Below, one piece after another: positions 25,361 to 35,494 of a stretch of 64,000 nt of DNA; position 1 is the first letter of the stretch, and every line of letters begins with the position of its first letter. Both the position numbers and the translations under genes were made by a program. The DNA comes from Candidatus Omnitrophota bacterium (GTDB taxonomy: Bacteria > Omnitrophota > Gorgyraeia > Duberdicusellales > 4484-171): NCBI GenBank assembly GCA_043820815.1, contig JBDRDJ010000020.1:23436-87435 (forward strand). Direction: 5' to 3'. Under the pieces are notes generated by a model that made no database searches, was not told where the DNA came from, and saw nothing but the letters and a program-made list of their open reading frames with translations.

Positions 25361-26887
25361 ATGTTTAAGCGAATAATAAAAGATACTTCAATCGTAAGCC
25401 TGGCTACTCTATTTTCCCGGTTTTTAGGCCTTATAAGGGATATTTTAATAGCTAATTTCTTCGGGACATCTTCTATCCTGGAGGCTTTTCTTGTTGCTTT
25501 TAGGATACCAAATTTGTTAAGAAGTGCCTTGGGAGAAGGGTTTTCGGACTCGGTTGCCGTACCTGTTTTATCTGAATACAGGAAAGATAAATATGAGCTT
25601 TTTAACATATCAAGCCACCTGCTTTCTATTTTTATTATCGTCCTTTCCATAGTAACCGCAGCAGGAATTATCTTTAGTAAGTACTTAGTTTTATGTATGG
25701 CTCCGGGGTTTTTAAGCGATCAGGAAACATTTTTGCGTGCAGTGTCTTTTACTCGGATAACGTTCTTGTATATTTTTCTTATCGGCGTTTCTACATGCCT
25801 TACTGCAATACTTTATTCTCTTAAGAAGTTCTTTATTCCCGCTTTTACGCCTGCTTTTTTAAATATAGCCTTTATTCTCGGTATTCCTTTCTTCTTCCAC
25901 TCCCTTAAAAATAATGTACTTCTTCTATGTGTCGTAGCCGGAGGAATTTTACAGGTTATTTTTCCTTTTATGGGGGTACTTCGTGAAGGCTTCCGCTTTA
26001 AATTCCGGCTTAGGGAAGCGTTGTCAAACAGCCAGATAATAAGAATGTTTAAGCTTTTTGTGCCCCGGGTATGGTCGAGCATAGTTTATCAGTTAAGTGT
26101 TCTTCTCGATACCATTCTTGCTTCCTTTGCCAATATAGTAGGAAGCGGCGCCATATGTGCGATACACTATTCCAGCAGGTTTATTCAGCTGCCGATTGCC
26201 CTTATCGCACTTCCTATTTTTAGGGTTACGATAGTGGATCTTTCCGAATACCATAAATACGGAAGGATGGATGAATTCAAGAAACTTTTTGTTTTTTCAT
26301 TTCAAAACTTGATATTTTTTATTATTCCTATAGCGGTAGTTTTTATGGTTTTTGGCAGAGGCATCCTTGATGTTATCCTTGTCCGGGGAGGCTTTAAAGC
26401 GGATTCTTTAGAAATTACAGCGTCGGCTTTTTTCTTTTATTCTATGGGCCTTTTGTTCTTCTGTGCCATAAAGGTTTTGCTGGGTGCTTTCTATTCTTTA
26501 AAGGATACAAAAACACCTGCAAAAACAACGGCAATTTCATTATTGGTTAACGCGGCCTTTAGCATCTTATTGATGTTTCCGTTTAAAATCGCAGGTGTAG
26601 CTTTGGGAAGCTCCATAGCGGCAATGTTTAACTGTTTCCTTTTGTATTATTTTCTCATAAAGCGCATCGGGCCTATCGATTGGGAGGATACCCTGGTACA
26701 GCTTCTAAAAATTATTTCCTTAAGCATTATTGCTGCATTTTTTGCGGGCATTGCATGGAATTTGCTTTTCTTCAATAAATATATCAAATTAATGGTTTCC
26801 GGATTTATTTTCTGTGCTATTTTCGCCTTTGGAGCCTGTGTTTTCGGGTTTAGGCAAATCATTTATATAAAAAGAAAGTTTTCATGA
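25361..26887 (+). CDS. murJ: lipid II flippase MurJ (MviN)
   Basis: 14-TM MOP-family protein whose N-terminus SRFLGLIRDILIANFFG is typical of MurJ. Confidence 0.9.
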   Translation: MFKRIIKDTSIVSLATLFSRFLGLIRDILIANFFGTSSILEAFLVAFRIPNLLRSALGEGFSDSVAVPVLSEYRKDKYELFNISSHLLSIFIIVLSIVTAAGIIFSKYLVLCMAPGFLSDQETFLRAVSFTRITFLYIFLIGVSTCLTAILYSLKKFFIPAFTPAFLNIAFILGIPFFFHSLKNNVLLLCVVAGGILQVIFPFMGVLREGFRFKFRLREALSNSQIIRMFKLFVPRVWSSIVYQLSVLLDTILASFANIVGSGAICAIHYSSRFIQLPIALIALPIFRVTIVDLSEYHKYGRMDEFKKLFVFSFQNLIFFIIPIAVVFMVFGRGILDVILVRGGFKADSLEITASAFFFYSMGLLFFCAIKVLLGAFYSLKDTKTPAKTTAISLLVNAAFSILLMFPFKIAGVALGSSIAAMFNCFLLYYFLIKRIGPIDWEDTLVQLLKIISLSIIAAFFAGIAWNLLFFNKYIKLMVSGFIFCAIFAFGACVFGFRQIIYIKRKFS

Positions 26888-28110
26888 AAGAGGAACTTAA
26901 GAAAAGCGCGAGAGGATTTCCCGATTGCCCCGGAATTTATATTATGAAATCGGCAAAAGGGGATATTTTTTATATAGGTAAGGCAAATTCTTTAAGAAAG
27001 AGGGTATTAAGTTATTTCACGCAATCAAATTTGCCCAAGAATGAACTTTTGCTTAAAAACGTAGCCGCTATAGATTATATCAAATGTTTAAGCGAAGCCC
27101 AGGCGTTGATTCTTGAAGCTTCGCTTATAAAAGAAAAAAAGCCCAAATATAATATTTCCCTCCGTGATGACAAAAGTTACCCTTTCATAGAGGTTACAAG
27201 GGAAGAATTTCCCAGAATTTCTATTGTTCGGCCTAAATCTAAAACAAAAAGTATTCTTTTCGGCCCTTATACAAAATCAAAGTCCGTTAAGGCGGCGCTT
27301 GATTTGATACGGGAAGTTTTCCCTTTCCGCACCTGCCGCCGCTTACCCGGCCAACCGTGCCTTTATCACCATATTGGTTTATGTCCCGGGCCCTGTGCGG
27401 GTAAAATAAAAGTCAATGACTACCGAAAAGCTATTTCCAGTATATGCGGGATTTTACAAGGTGAGCGCAAGAAAATTGTCCTAAGCCTTCGGAAAGAAAT
27501 GAAACTGCTTTCCAGCCAGAAACAGTTTGAGCAGGCGGCCCTGGTAAGAGATAAATTAAATGCTCTTGACGGCCTTTATCGCGGCCGGGCGAACCAGCAT
27601 GAGCTTATATCTCTCAAAGAACTAATAGGCCTTAAAGGGGTGCCGCTCGTAATAGAGGCAATGGATATTTCTTCTCTGGGGCCTAAGCTTGCCGTAGGTT
27701 CTTTGGTTGTGTTTAGAGACGGGGTGCCGGATAAAAATAGCTACCGCAGGTTTTCTATAAAGGGGGTTAAGAAAATAGATGATTATGCTATGATTAGAGA
27801 AGTTACGGCCCGGCGGTACAGCCGCCTGAAGAGCGAAGAAAAATCAATGCCGGATCTAATTATTGTTGACGGCGGTAAGGGGCACATTGAAACAGTTAGA
27901 AAACAATTAGCCGGTATCAATTGCAATGTGAAGGTTATCGGTATCGCAAAGAGAAATGAAGAGCTATGGCTTGAGTCTAAGGATGAGCCGTTAATAATAC
28001 CGGGGAATAGCCCGTCTTTGCATCTTATTCAGCGCATAAGGGATGAAGCGCACAGGTTTGCCCATAATTACCACCTGCTCAGGCGTAAAAAGAGAATGTA
28101 TGAAAAGTAA
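26884..28110 (+). CDS. uvrC: excinuclease ABC subunit C, compact form (GIY-YIG + UVR + RNase H-like endonuclease domain; no C-terminal HhH)
   Basis: GIYIMKS..IFYIGKANSLRKRV (GIY-YIG), QFEQAALVRDKLNAL (UVR), and IEAMDISS/DLIIVDGGKGH/RIRDEAHRFA (endonuclease domain). The protein is 408 aa against ~600 typical. Confidence 0.8.
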   Translation: MKEELKKSARGFPDCPGIYIMKSAKGDIFYIGKANSLRKRVLSYFTQSNLPKNELLLKNVAAIDYIKCLSEAQALILEASLIKEKKPKYNISLRDDKSYPFIEVTREEFPRISIVRPKSKTKSILFGPYTKSKSVKAALDLIREVFPFRTCRRLPGQPCLYHHIGLCPGPCAGKIKVNDYRKAISSICGILQGERKKIVLSLRKEMKLLSSQKQFEQAALVRDKLNALDGLYRGRANQHELISLKELIGLKGVPLVIEAMDISSLGPKLAVGSLVVFRDGVPDKNSYRRFSIKGVKKIDDYAMIREVTARRYSRLKSEEKSMPDLIIVDGGKGHIETVRKQLAGINCNVKVIGIAKRNEELWLESKDEPLIIPGNSPSLHLIQRIRDEAHRFAHNYHLLRRKKRMYEK

Positions 28111-28157
28111 CCAGTAACCAGAAAGAAATAATAAATCTGGAGAAAAAAATCAAAGAT
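28109..28157 (+). repeat. heptamer-phased array joining AACCAGW units to NAANAAT units
   Basis: AACCAGT AACCAGA AAGAAAT AATAAAT CTGGAGA AAAAAAT CAAAGAT. The uvrC stop TAA (28108-28110) overlaps the first unit. Confidence 0.65.
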
Positions 28158-28236
28158 GTGATAGAATAGAACGTAGGATTACGTTTGGTGATAGGTTATT
28201 TAAACTTAAATAATCCTCAGAAAAAGGGAGGCATTT

Positions 28237-29307
28237 ATGGATTTAAGCCAAATTTTTGATATAGCTGTTGAGAAAAAAGTATCTGACATCTTTATGCGTG
28301 CAGGCAGCCCTTTGCGAGGGCGCGTGCGCACAGAAGTCGTTCCTTTAACTGATAAGCCTTTTACCATTGAAGAAATAGAGAAATTTGTTAATGAAATGAC
28401 CAAGGATAGGGATAAGAAGCACCTTAAAGAAAATAGAAGCTGTGAATTTGCTTTGTGGCATAAAGAAAACTGGCGTTTCCGTATAAGTATATTTTACCAG
28501 CGCGATACCCCGGCCATGGTTATAAGAAAGATTAATTTAAAAGTCCCTAATTTTGAGGAGTTAAATCTTCCTGGGGCGGTTCTTGAGAAATTCTGCACAG
28601 AGAGAAGAGGGTTGATTCTTTTGACCGGTATAACCGGAAGCGGAAAATCAACCGCTATCGCAAGCATGATAGAGCATATCAACACAACTTATCCGCGCCA
28701 TGTGCTTACGATAGAAGAACCCATAGAATTTACCTTTACCGACAAGAAGTCAATGATAAACCAGAGAGAAATCGGCATTGACGTTAAGAGTTACGAAGAC
28801 GCTTTGCGCCAGTTTGCCCTTCATTCACCCGACGTTATTTACATAGGAAATATCCGTGACGCTAGTACTTGTTATGCGGCTTTGACTGCAGCCGAAACAG
28901 GGGTTCTTGTTTTTTCCACAATGCATACGGTTAATGCCTCCTCAACCGTTGAGAGAATGATAAATTTTTTCCCTCCCCACCAGCACAGCCTTATTCTTCA
29001 TGAGCTGTCTTTACTTCTTAAGGGTGTAATTTCTTTAAGGCTTATACCTCTGGCTGATGCCTCCGGCTTGATACCCGCCTATGAAATTATGGCACTTAGC
29101 CCTTCTGTCTCGCGGCTCCTTAGAGAAAATAAATTATGGGAACTACCGCGGTATATATCATCCGGCGATGTTTATGGCATGAAAACTTTTCATCAATGCT
29201 TGATAGAGCTTGCCGAAGATGGTAAAATTTCTCCCAAGCTTTCGTTAGAGTACGCTGACAAGAAAGAAGAGCTTGAGATGGAAATGAGAAACAAAGGGCT
29301 TATTTAG
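28237..29307 (+). CDS. pilT: type IV pilus retraction ATPase PilT
   Basis: GITGSGKST Walker A, Asp and His boxes, and full-length PilT/PilU similarity. Confidence 0.9.
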   Translation: MDLSQIFDIAVEKKVSDIFMRAGSPLRGRVRTEVVPLTDKPFTIEEIEKFVNEMTKDRDKKHLKENRSCEFALWHKENWRFRISIFYQRDTPAMVIRKINLKVPNFEELNLPGAVLEKFCTERRGLILLTGITGSGKSTAIASMIEHINTTYPRHVLTIEEPIEFTFTDKKSMINQREIGIDVKSYEDALRQFALHSPDVIYIGNIRDASTCYAALTAAETGVLVFSTMHTVNASSTVERMINFFPPHQHSLILHELSLLLKGVISLRLIPLADASGLIPAYEIMALSPSVSRLLRENKLWELPRYISSGDVYGMKTFHQCLIELAEDGKISPKLSLEYADKKEELEMEMRNKGLI

Positions 29308-29312
29308 TTTCC

Positions 29313-30407
29313 ATGGAAGATTTCAGCAAGAAAATTGGTGTCATAGAAGATAGCCTAAGTAATTTCAGGGATTTTCTCGATATTGATAAAAAAAGAAAAT
29401 CTGTGGGGGAGTTGCAGCTTAAGATGGCAGGCAAAGATTTTTGGTCAGACCCTAAAGCGTCCGCTTTGGTCATAGAAGAGCTTAAGAGATTAAAAAGCGA
29501 TATAGAAAGCTGGGATGTTTTAAATAAAAAGGCAAATGAGCTTAAAGAGCTGATATCTTTCGCGGACCCGTCTTATGAAGGAGAAATTGTTAAAGAGCTT
29601 AAAGAACTTGAGTCCGGATGTACGATCTTAAGGGTAAAATCGCTTTTTTCAGAAAAATTTGACAATGAAAATGCTATTTTAGAAATAAATTCGGGAGCAG
29701 GGGGGACTGAAGCCTGCGACTGGGCGAATATGATTTTTAGAATGTATATACGCTGGGCAGAAGATAAGAAGTTTGAATCAAAGGTATTAAATGAAGTTAA
29801 AGGAGAGGAAGCGGGAGTCAAGAATATAACTTTTTTAATCCAGGGCTTACGTGCCTTTGGGTTTCTTCGGTCCGAGAGCGGCGTGCACAGGCTTGTAAGA
29901 ATTTCTCCCTTTGACGCCAACAAGCGCAGGCATACGTCATTTGCATCGGTAGATGTTATCCCCGAAATAAAAGACGATATAGGCATTGATATCCGTCCTG
30001 AAGATTTGAAAATAGAAACATTTCGTGCATCCGGAGCCGGAGGCCAGCATGTTAATGTTACCGATTCGGCCGTGCGCATAACGCATTTGCCTTCGGGGAT
30101 AGTTTCCAGCTGCCAGAATGAGCGCTCTCAGCATCAAAATAAACATATCGCATTAAGAATTATTAAAGCTAAACTTTACGAAATAAAAGAGAGGCGCAAG
30201 CAGCAAGAAATTGACGATCTATCGGGAAAGAAGCAGAGGATTGAATGGGGCTCCCAGATCCGTTCTTATGTTTTGCATCCTTACCTCATGGTAAAAGACC
30301 ACAGGACTGCATTAGAAATCCACAATGCAAAAGCGGTTCTCGACGGAAAGATAGATGATTTTATTTATGCCTATCTGGAATTACAAAAAAAGAATAAGCC
30401 TCGTTAG
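29313..30407 (+). CDS. prfB: peptide chain release factor 2 (single ORF, no programmed frameshift)
   Basis: SPF tripeptide (RISPFD) and GGQ (SGAGGQHVN). The N-terminus is contiguous in one frame. Confidence 0.93.
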   Translation: MEDFSKKIGVIEDSLSNFRDFLDIDKKRKSVGELQLKMAGKDFWSDPKASALVIEELKRLKSDIESWDVLNKKANELKELISFADPSYEGEIVKELKELESGCTILRVKSLFSEKFDNENAILEINSGAGGTEACDWANMIFRMYIRWAEDKKFESKVLNEVKGEEAGVKNITFLIQGLRAFGFLRSESGVHRLVRISPFDANKRRHTSFASVDVIPEIKDDIGIDIRPEDLKIETFRASGAGGQHVNVTDSAVRITHLPSGIVSSCQNERSQHQNKHIALRIIKAKLYEIKERRKQQEIDDLSGKKQRIEWGSQIRSYVLHPYLMVKDHRTALEIHNAKAVLDGKIDDFIYAYLELQKKNKPR

Positions 30408-30428
30408 GGTTAATTAATTTAATTTTGT

Positions 30429-33305
30429 ATGCTGAAAAAAATAATTTTAAGTAAATGCCGCAAAAGAATCAATTCTATAAAGCCGCCGGTACAAATTAAT
30501 GTAACCGGGGATATACCCACCCCGTCTATACGTGAGATATCTAACTGGGCACCTATCGCCGGCATGGTCAATTCATTCGAGGAAGAATTAAAAGATAAGC
30601 CGGCCGGCTTTTTCAAAGATATAACTTCCCGCTACAAAAATGAAATAAGCGAGAAATTAAAAAACATTCCCGAAGATAAACTTAAAGCTTTCCGCCAGGA
30701 AGTGTTAGATAATATTTTGCCTTATTATTTTGCCGTAGTTAGAGAGGCGGCATTTAGAGCCGTGAAAATGAGGCATTTTGATGTTCAGGTGCTGGGAGGG
30801 GTCTCCCTTCATAAGAACATGATTGCCGAGATGGTTACCGGAGAAGGCAAAACACTTGTGGCCACGCTTTCTGCTTCATTGAACGCTCTCTGCGGCATGG
30901 GGGTGCATATAGTTACCGTTAATGATTATCTGGCTAAAAGGGACAGGGAGTGGATGGGGCCTATATTTGAATATCTCGGATTTACCGTAGGCGTAATCCA
31001 GAATGAAAGTTCTAAAGAGGAGCGAAAAGCCGCTTATTCTTGCGATATAACCTATGGGACTAATAATGAGTTTGGTTTTGATTACTTAAGAGACAATATG
31101 GAGATGACACTTTCCGGCATGGTACAGCGGAGCCACTTTTATGCTATCATTGATGAGGTTGATTCTATTTTAGTAGATGAAGCCCGAACCCCCCTTATTA
31201 TCTCAGGGCCTGCCGAAGCTTCGGTTGAGAAATATTATCTGGCTGACAGGGCAGTAAGGCAGCTGAGCATCCATTTTATAATTCAGAGTTTTGACGGTAA
31301 AGGCAGAGACGGAATGGTTACGGTAAAACATTCCGACGGCAGCGAGAAAACAATAAGTCTTGAGGATTTCGAAACAGGCCACGATGCGATTGTTGAAGAA
31401 AAGGCAAGCACTGCATACCTAACGCCCCGCGGAGAAAAAAGGTGTGAAAAGCTTTTGGGCGTAAACAACCTTGAGGAGGCACCTGATAAGTATTCCGAGC
31501 CCTGGATGCATTATATAACCCAGAGTCTGCGCGCTCGCTATCTTTTCCGTAAAGACAAAGATTATATAGTAAAAAACGGTAAAGCTATTATTGTAGATGA
31601 TTTTACAGGGCGCCTTATGCCCGGCAGAAGATGGTCCGACGGGCTGCATCAGGGGGTAGAGGCAAAAGAGAATTTAAGAATTGAACAGGAAAATCAGACA
31701 CTTGCAACCGTTACTTTGCAAAATTATTTCAGAATGTATGAAAAACTTGCCGGAATGACAGGAACCGCATATACAGAAGCAAATGAATTCAGGCATATTT
31801 ATAAACTTGACGTAGCGGTTATGCCTACAAATGAGGATTTAATCAGAACTAATTTTCCTGACAGGATATACAAGACAAAAGATGCAAAATTTAAAGCCGT
31901 AGTTTCAGAGATTGAGGAATTATATGAGAAGAAACGCCCGGTTCTGGTTGGTACAACTTCAATTGAAGATTCCGAAGAAGTTTCTTTTTTGCTTGGCAAA
32001 AAAGGCATACAGCATAACGTGTTGAATGCTAAATATCATGAAAGGGAGGCTTTTATCGTTGCTCAGGCAGGAAGGATGGGCCAGGTAACCATTGCAACAA
32101 ATATGGCCGGAAGAGGAACCGATATTATACTGGGAGGCAATATAGATTACTTTATAAAAGATATGTTATCCAGGAATAATATTGGCCCCGAAGACCCTCT
32201 TCATGGCGGTGAATACGAAAATTTATACCAAAAATACAAATATAAATTTGAAGAGGAACACAAAGCCGTTGTTGAGCTGGGAGGCCTTCATGTCATCGGT
32301 ACCCAGCGCCATGAATCCCGCAGAATTGATAATCAATTGAGGGGGCGTTCCGGCCGCCAGGGAGACCCCGGGTCTTCGCGTTTTTATGTTTCCTTAGAGG
32401 ATGACCTTCTGCGCCTTTTCGGTTCCCTGGGGGTGATACATTTTCTAATGAATCAGCTTCCTGACGACCAGCCCATAGAGCACAGCCGCATCAAGAGGCC
32501 TCTGGAAATTGCCCAGAAGAGGGTTGAGGGGCATCATTTCGAAGCCCGCAAAGATCTTTTAAAATACGACAATATAATGAACTCTCAAAGAGAAATTATT
32601 TACAGCCAGAGAAGAGATATACTTGAGAGGGATGATATAAAGGAAGATGTGCTTGAGATGTTAAAAGAAGTAATAGGCAGGAATGCCGGAGTTTTCTTCG
32701 GCGAAGACAGAGACAGCCTCGGATTATACCACTGGTTTAAATCCAAGTTCGACATTGATATATCAACTTCAAAATTAAAGGATATGTCATTAGACGAAGC
32801 TTTGGAATATTTGCATAAGATTGCCATGGATGTCTACCTTATGCACGAGCAGAAAATAGGCCCGGATAACATGCGCCGCATTGAGAAGTTCATCACTATA
32901 AGAGTAGTTGACGGGCGCTGGAAAGAGCACCTTTTAATAATGGATTCGCTGCGCGAGGGTATTTCATTAAGAGCCCATGCCCAGCAGGACCCTCTGGTTG
33001 AGTATCAAAAAGAATCTTATGAGGCATTCAATGCTATGGTTGCCTCTGTTAAAGAAGGCGTAACCGATTTGATATTCAAAGCAAATTTGTTTGTGCCTCA
33101 GGATGAAGAAGGGGTTTCTCCGTTAGCTGCCCGTGAATTTGTGCATTCACGTGTTTCCCTTGTTGAGGAAGCAAAAGCGGCGGCGATTAAACCGCCTGAG
33201 AAAAAAGCAGTTCCTATCCGCTCGGGGAAAAAAGTCGGGAGAAACGAGCCTTGCCCCTGCGGAAGCGGGAAGAAATACAAAAAGTGCTGCGGTATTGACA
33301 AGTAG
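30429..33305 (+). CDS. secA: preprotein translocase ATPase SecA
   Basis: MVTGEGKTLVATL Walker A, DEVDSILVDEARTPLIISG, and the C-terminal zinc motif CPCGSGKKYKKCCG. Confidence 0.95.
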   Translation: MLKKIILSKCRKRINSIKPPVQINVTGDIPTPSIREISNWAPIAGMVNSFEEELKDKPAGFFKDITSRYKNEISEKLKNIPEDKLKAFRQEVLDNILPYYFAVVREAAFRAVKMRHFDVQVLGGVSLHKNMIAEMVTGEGKTLVATLSASLNALCGMGVHIVTVNDYLAKRDREWMGPIFEYLGFTVGVIQNESSKEERKAAYSCDITYGTNNEFGFDYLRDNMEMTLSGMVQRSHFYAIIDEVDSILVDEARTPLIISGPAEASVEKYYLADRAVRQLSIHFIIQSFDGKGRDGMVTVKHSDGSEKTISLEDFETGHDAIVEEKASTAYLTPRGEKRCEKLLGVNNLEEAPDKYSEPWMHYITQSLRARYLFRKDKDYIVKNGKAIIVDDFTGRLMPGRRWSDGLHQGVEAKENLRIEQENQTLATVTLQNYFRMYEKLAGMTGTAYTEANEFRHIYKLDVAVMPTNEDLIRTNFPDRIYKTKDAKFKAVVSEIEELYEKKRPVLVGTTSIEDSEEVSFLLGKKGIQHNVLNAKYHEREAFIVAQAGRMGQVTIATNMAGRGTDIILGGNIDYFIKDMLSRNNIGPEDPLHGGEYENLYQKYKYKFEEEHKAVVELGGLHVIGTQRHESRRIDNQLRGRSGRQGDPGSSRFYVSLEDDLLRLFGSLGVIHFLMNQLPDDQPIEHSRIKRPLEIAQKRVEGHHFEARKDLLKYDNIMNSQREIIYSQRRDILERDDIKEDVLEMLKEVIGRNAGVFFGEDRDSLGLYHWFKSKFDIDISTSKLKDMSLDEALEYLHKIAMDVYLMHEQKIGPDNMRRIEKFITIRVVDGRWKEHLLIMDSLREGISLRAHAQQDPLVEYQKESYEAFNAMVASVKEGVTDLIFKANLFVPQDEEGVSPLAAREFVHSRVSLVEEAKAAAIKPPEKKAVPIRSGKKVGRNEPCPCGSGKKYKKCCGIDK

Positions 33306-33359
33306 ACACCTAATATAGAGGCGGATTACCGCGGATTTATACGCGGAATAACGCTCGCT

Positions 33360-33391
33360 GTGTAGAGACGCGATTAATCGCGTCTCTACAC
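33360..33391. repeat. perfect 32-bp palindrome GTGTAGAGACGCGATTAATCGCGTCTCTACAC (GTAG-headed)
   Basis: The first 16 nt are the exact reverse complement of the last 16. It lies 55 nt after the secA stop and 12 nt before the lnt ATG. Confidence 0.9.
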
Positions 33392-33403
33392 GCTGATAAA
33401 GTA

Positions 33404-34909
33404 ATGGCTTACATACTACTATCAATTATCTCCGGACTGCTTACCGGTATAACTTTTAATTTTCCTTCCTTTTCTCTTTTAGCCTGGTTTTCTCTTGTTC
33501 CTTTTCTTTACGTGATTGCAATTAGCAGCTATAAAAAGGGGTTAATCGGCGCTTTTGCGTTTGGCATTTCGTATTACGGTTCCGTTTTATTCTGGGTAGC
33601 CAATGTTAGTTTTTTAGGTTTGCTGGTTTTGCTTTCTTATCTTTGTTTGTTTTCGCTTTTATTTTACTTTATCGCAGGTTATTTTATAACGCGTCCTCTT
33701 AGGCTTGTGTCGTTAGCCTGCGCGTGGGTTTTAATAGAATTGCTTAAAGAGAATATCTGGTGCGGGTTTGGCTGGGGGAACATGGGATATTCTCAATATA
33801 ACAATTTCCTCTTAATCCAGCCGGCAGACGCCGGAGGCGCAAAACTCATCTCTTTTTTTATAGTTACAGTGAATACAGCTGTATTAGAAATAATCTTTGC
33901 CTTTAGAAATAAAATTCAAAACCAGGAAAAACACCGTTTGCTATTCAGCAGAATAAGTTATATTGTCGCCGTATTTTCCGGCATTATTCTTTATTCGTCA
34001 CTTCGAATATTCTCCTTAGACGATAGCGGCAGTGTAGACGTGACCCTTATCCAGCCCAATATTGCCCAGGAATTTAAATGGCAGGTTTTTGCAAAGGCAG
34101 TTATAAAAGAAAAGCTTTTTTCACTTGCTGAAGATTCAAAAGAGGAGTCTTTGGTAATTTTTCCCGAGGCTGCCTGGCCTGATATCGTTAACGAAAACAA
34201 TTTGCGTCAGTTAAATTATTTTGTAAAGAAAACCGGGAAGGATTCTATTTTCGGCGCGGTCAAAGAAGAGAATGACTCTTTTTATAACAGCGCTTTTGTG
34301 TTTGATAAAACCGGGGCACTTAAAGGCGTATATAGAAAGGTTAAACTTGTTCCTTTCGGCGAATATGTTCCTCTTAGGAAGTTTCTGGGTTTTATCGGAG
34401 TTCTTAATTCTATAGGAGATATCGAGAGCGGCAAAGAGTTTACGGTTTTTGATTACAATGATAGAAAATTTTCGGTACTGATATGTTTCGAAGATATTTT
34501 CCCTGACTTTGTTAGAAATTTTTCTAAAGGCAGAGATTTTCTTGTTAATATAACAAATGATGCATGGTTTGCGGGTAACCCTGAGGCCTTGCAGCATCTC
34601 GGGATTATGACGCTTAGAGCCGTTGAGAACCGTATCCCTCTTATCCGCTGTGCCAATACCGGAATAAGCGGCTGGGTTTCTTCAAGGGGTGAAATTGAAA
34701 TAATAAAGAATAATAGAAAGGAAGTCTTTTTTGATAAGGCCGAAAGTTTTCGTATTAACTTAACCAAAGGCAGCAGTTTCTACAGAGAAAACGGTGAGCT
34801 GTTTGCGGTATTTTGCGGAGTTGCTTTATTTGTTTTACTTTTGGCCTTTGGATTTAGAGGCAGCAGGCAATACCAGAAAACGATACGGGAGGTACAGGAT
34901 GAGTGTTGA
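33404..34909 (+). CDS. lnt: apolipoprotein N-acyltransferase
   Basis: N-terminal polytopic domain plus C-terminal nitrilase-like domain with the ICFEDIFP catalytic Cys context. Confidence 0.88.
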   Translation: MAYILLSIISGLLTGITFNFPSFSLLAWFSLVPFLYVIAISSYKKGLIGAFAFGISYYGSVLFWVANVSFLGLLVLLSYLCLFSLLFYFIAGYFITRPLRLVSLACAWVLIELLKENIWCGFGWGNMGYSQYNNFLLIQPADAGGAKLISFFIVTVNTAVLEIIFAFRNKIQNQEKHRLLFSRISYIVAVFSGIILYSSLRIFSLDDSGSVDVTLIQPNIAQEFKWQVFAKAVIKEKLFSLAEDSKEESLVIFPEAAWPDIVNENNLRQLNYFVKKTGKDSIFGAVKEENDSFYNSAFVFDKTGALKGVYRKVKLVPFGEYVPLRKFLGFIGVLNSIGDIESGKEFTVFDYNDRKFSVLICFEDIFPDFVRNFSKGRDFLVNITNDAWFAGNPEALQHLGIMTLRAVENRIPLIRCANTGISGWVSSRGEIEIIKNNRKEVFFDKAESFRINLTKGSSFYRENGELFAVFCGVALFVLLLAFGFRGSRQYQKTIREVQDEC

Positions 34910-35387
34910 ATTAGAAGTCGTTAAAATACAGAAGCCCGAAGACGTAAATATTATTATCGGCCAGGCACACTTTATTAAAACCGTTGAGGATTTATATGAA
35001 GTTATCGCAGGAGGAGTTCCTTTTGTTTCATTCGCAGTGGCATTTTGTGAAGCTTCAGGTAAATGTTTAGTCAGGGTTGAGGGAAACGATGATGATCTTA
35101 AAGAGTCCGTAATCAAGGCTGCTTTAAGCGTCGGCGCGGGGCATTCTTTTTTTATCATGCTAAAAGGAGCTTACCCGATTAATTTCTTACCTCAGATAAA
35201 AAACGTTCCTGAGGTATGCCGTATATTTTGTGCAACCGCAAATCCCGTAGATATAATTGTTGCCGTCACAGAAAATAAAAGGGGCATTATCGGCGTAATT
35301 GACGGAAGTTCTCCCGAAGGAGTTGAGGGGCCTCAAGATATTCAGTGGAGAAAAGATTTTTTGAGAAAGATCGGGTATAAACGTTAG
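34899..35387 (+). CDS. adenosine-specific kinase family protein (PF04008-like)
   Basis: IIIGQAHFIKTVEDL, FCEASG and CATANP blocks as I recall for this mostly archaeal family. ATG 34899 follows GGGAGG. It overlaps the lnt 3' end by 11 nt. Confidence 0.65.
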   Translation: MSVELEVVKIQKPEDVNIIIGQAHFIKTVEDLYEVIAGGVPFVSFAVAFCEASGKCLVRVEGNDDDLKESVIKAALSVGAGHSFFIMLKGAYPINFLPQIKNVPEVCRIFCATANPVDIIVAVTENKRGIIGVIDGSSPEGVEGPQDIQWRKDFLRKIGYKR

Positions 35388-35476
35388 GATGCAGGCCGCA
35401 TACGCCAGACAAAATTATGTGTTTTTGATTGCGGCCGATGCAGCAGTTGATTATACTTTTTCCAAAACAGTAATTG

Positions 35477-35485
35477 TGATATAAT
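35477..35485 (+). promoter_or_regulatory. extended -10 element TGaTATAAT, 9 nt before the ATG at 35495
   Basis: Read directly from the sequence, with no SD. Confidence 0.4.
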
Positions 35486-35494
35486 TTATAAATT

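Noticed and set aside
29313-29420. Expected +1 programmed frameshift site in prfB.
   Set aside because: The RF2 ORF is continuous from its ATG. The region equivalent to the E. coli CUU UGA C site reads ..TTT CTC GAT ATT GAT.. with no in-frame stop, so this is a non-frameshifting prfB, which is common.
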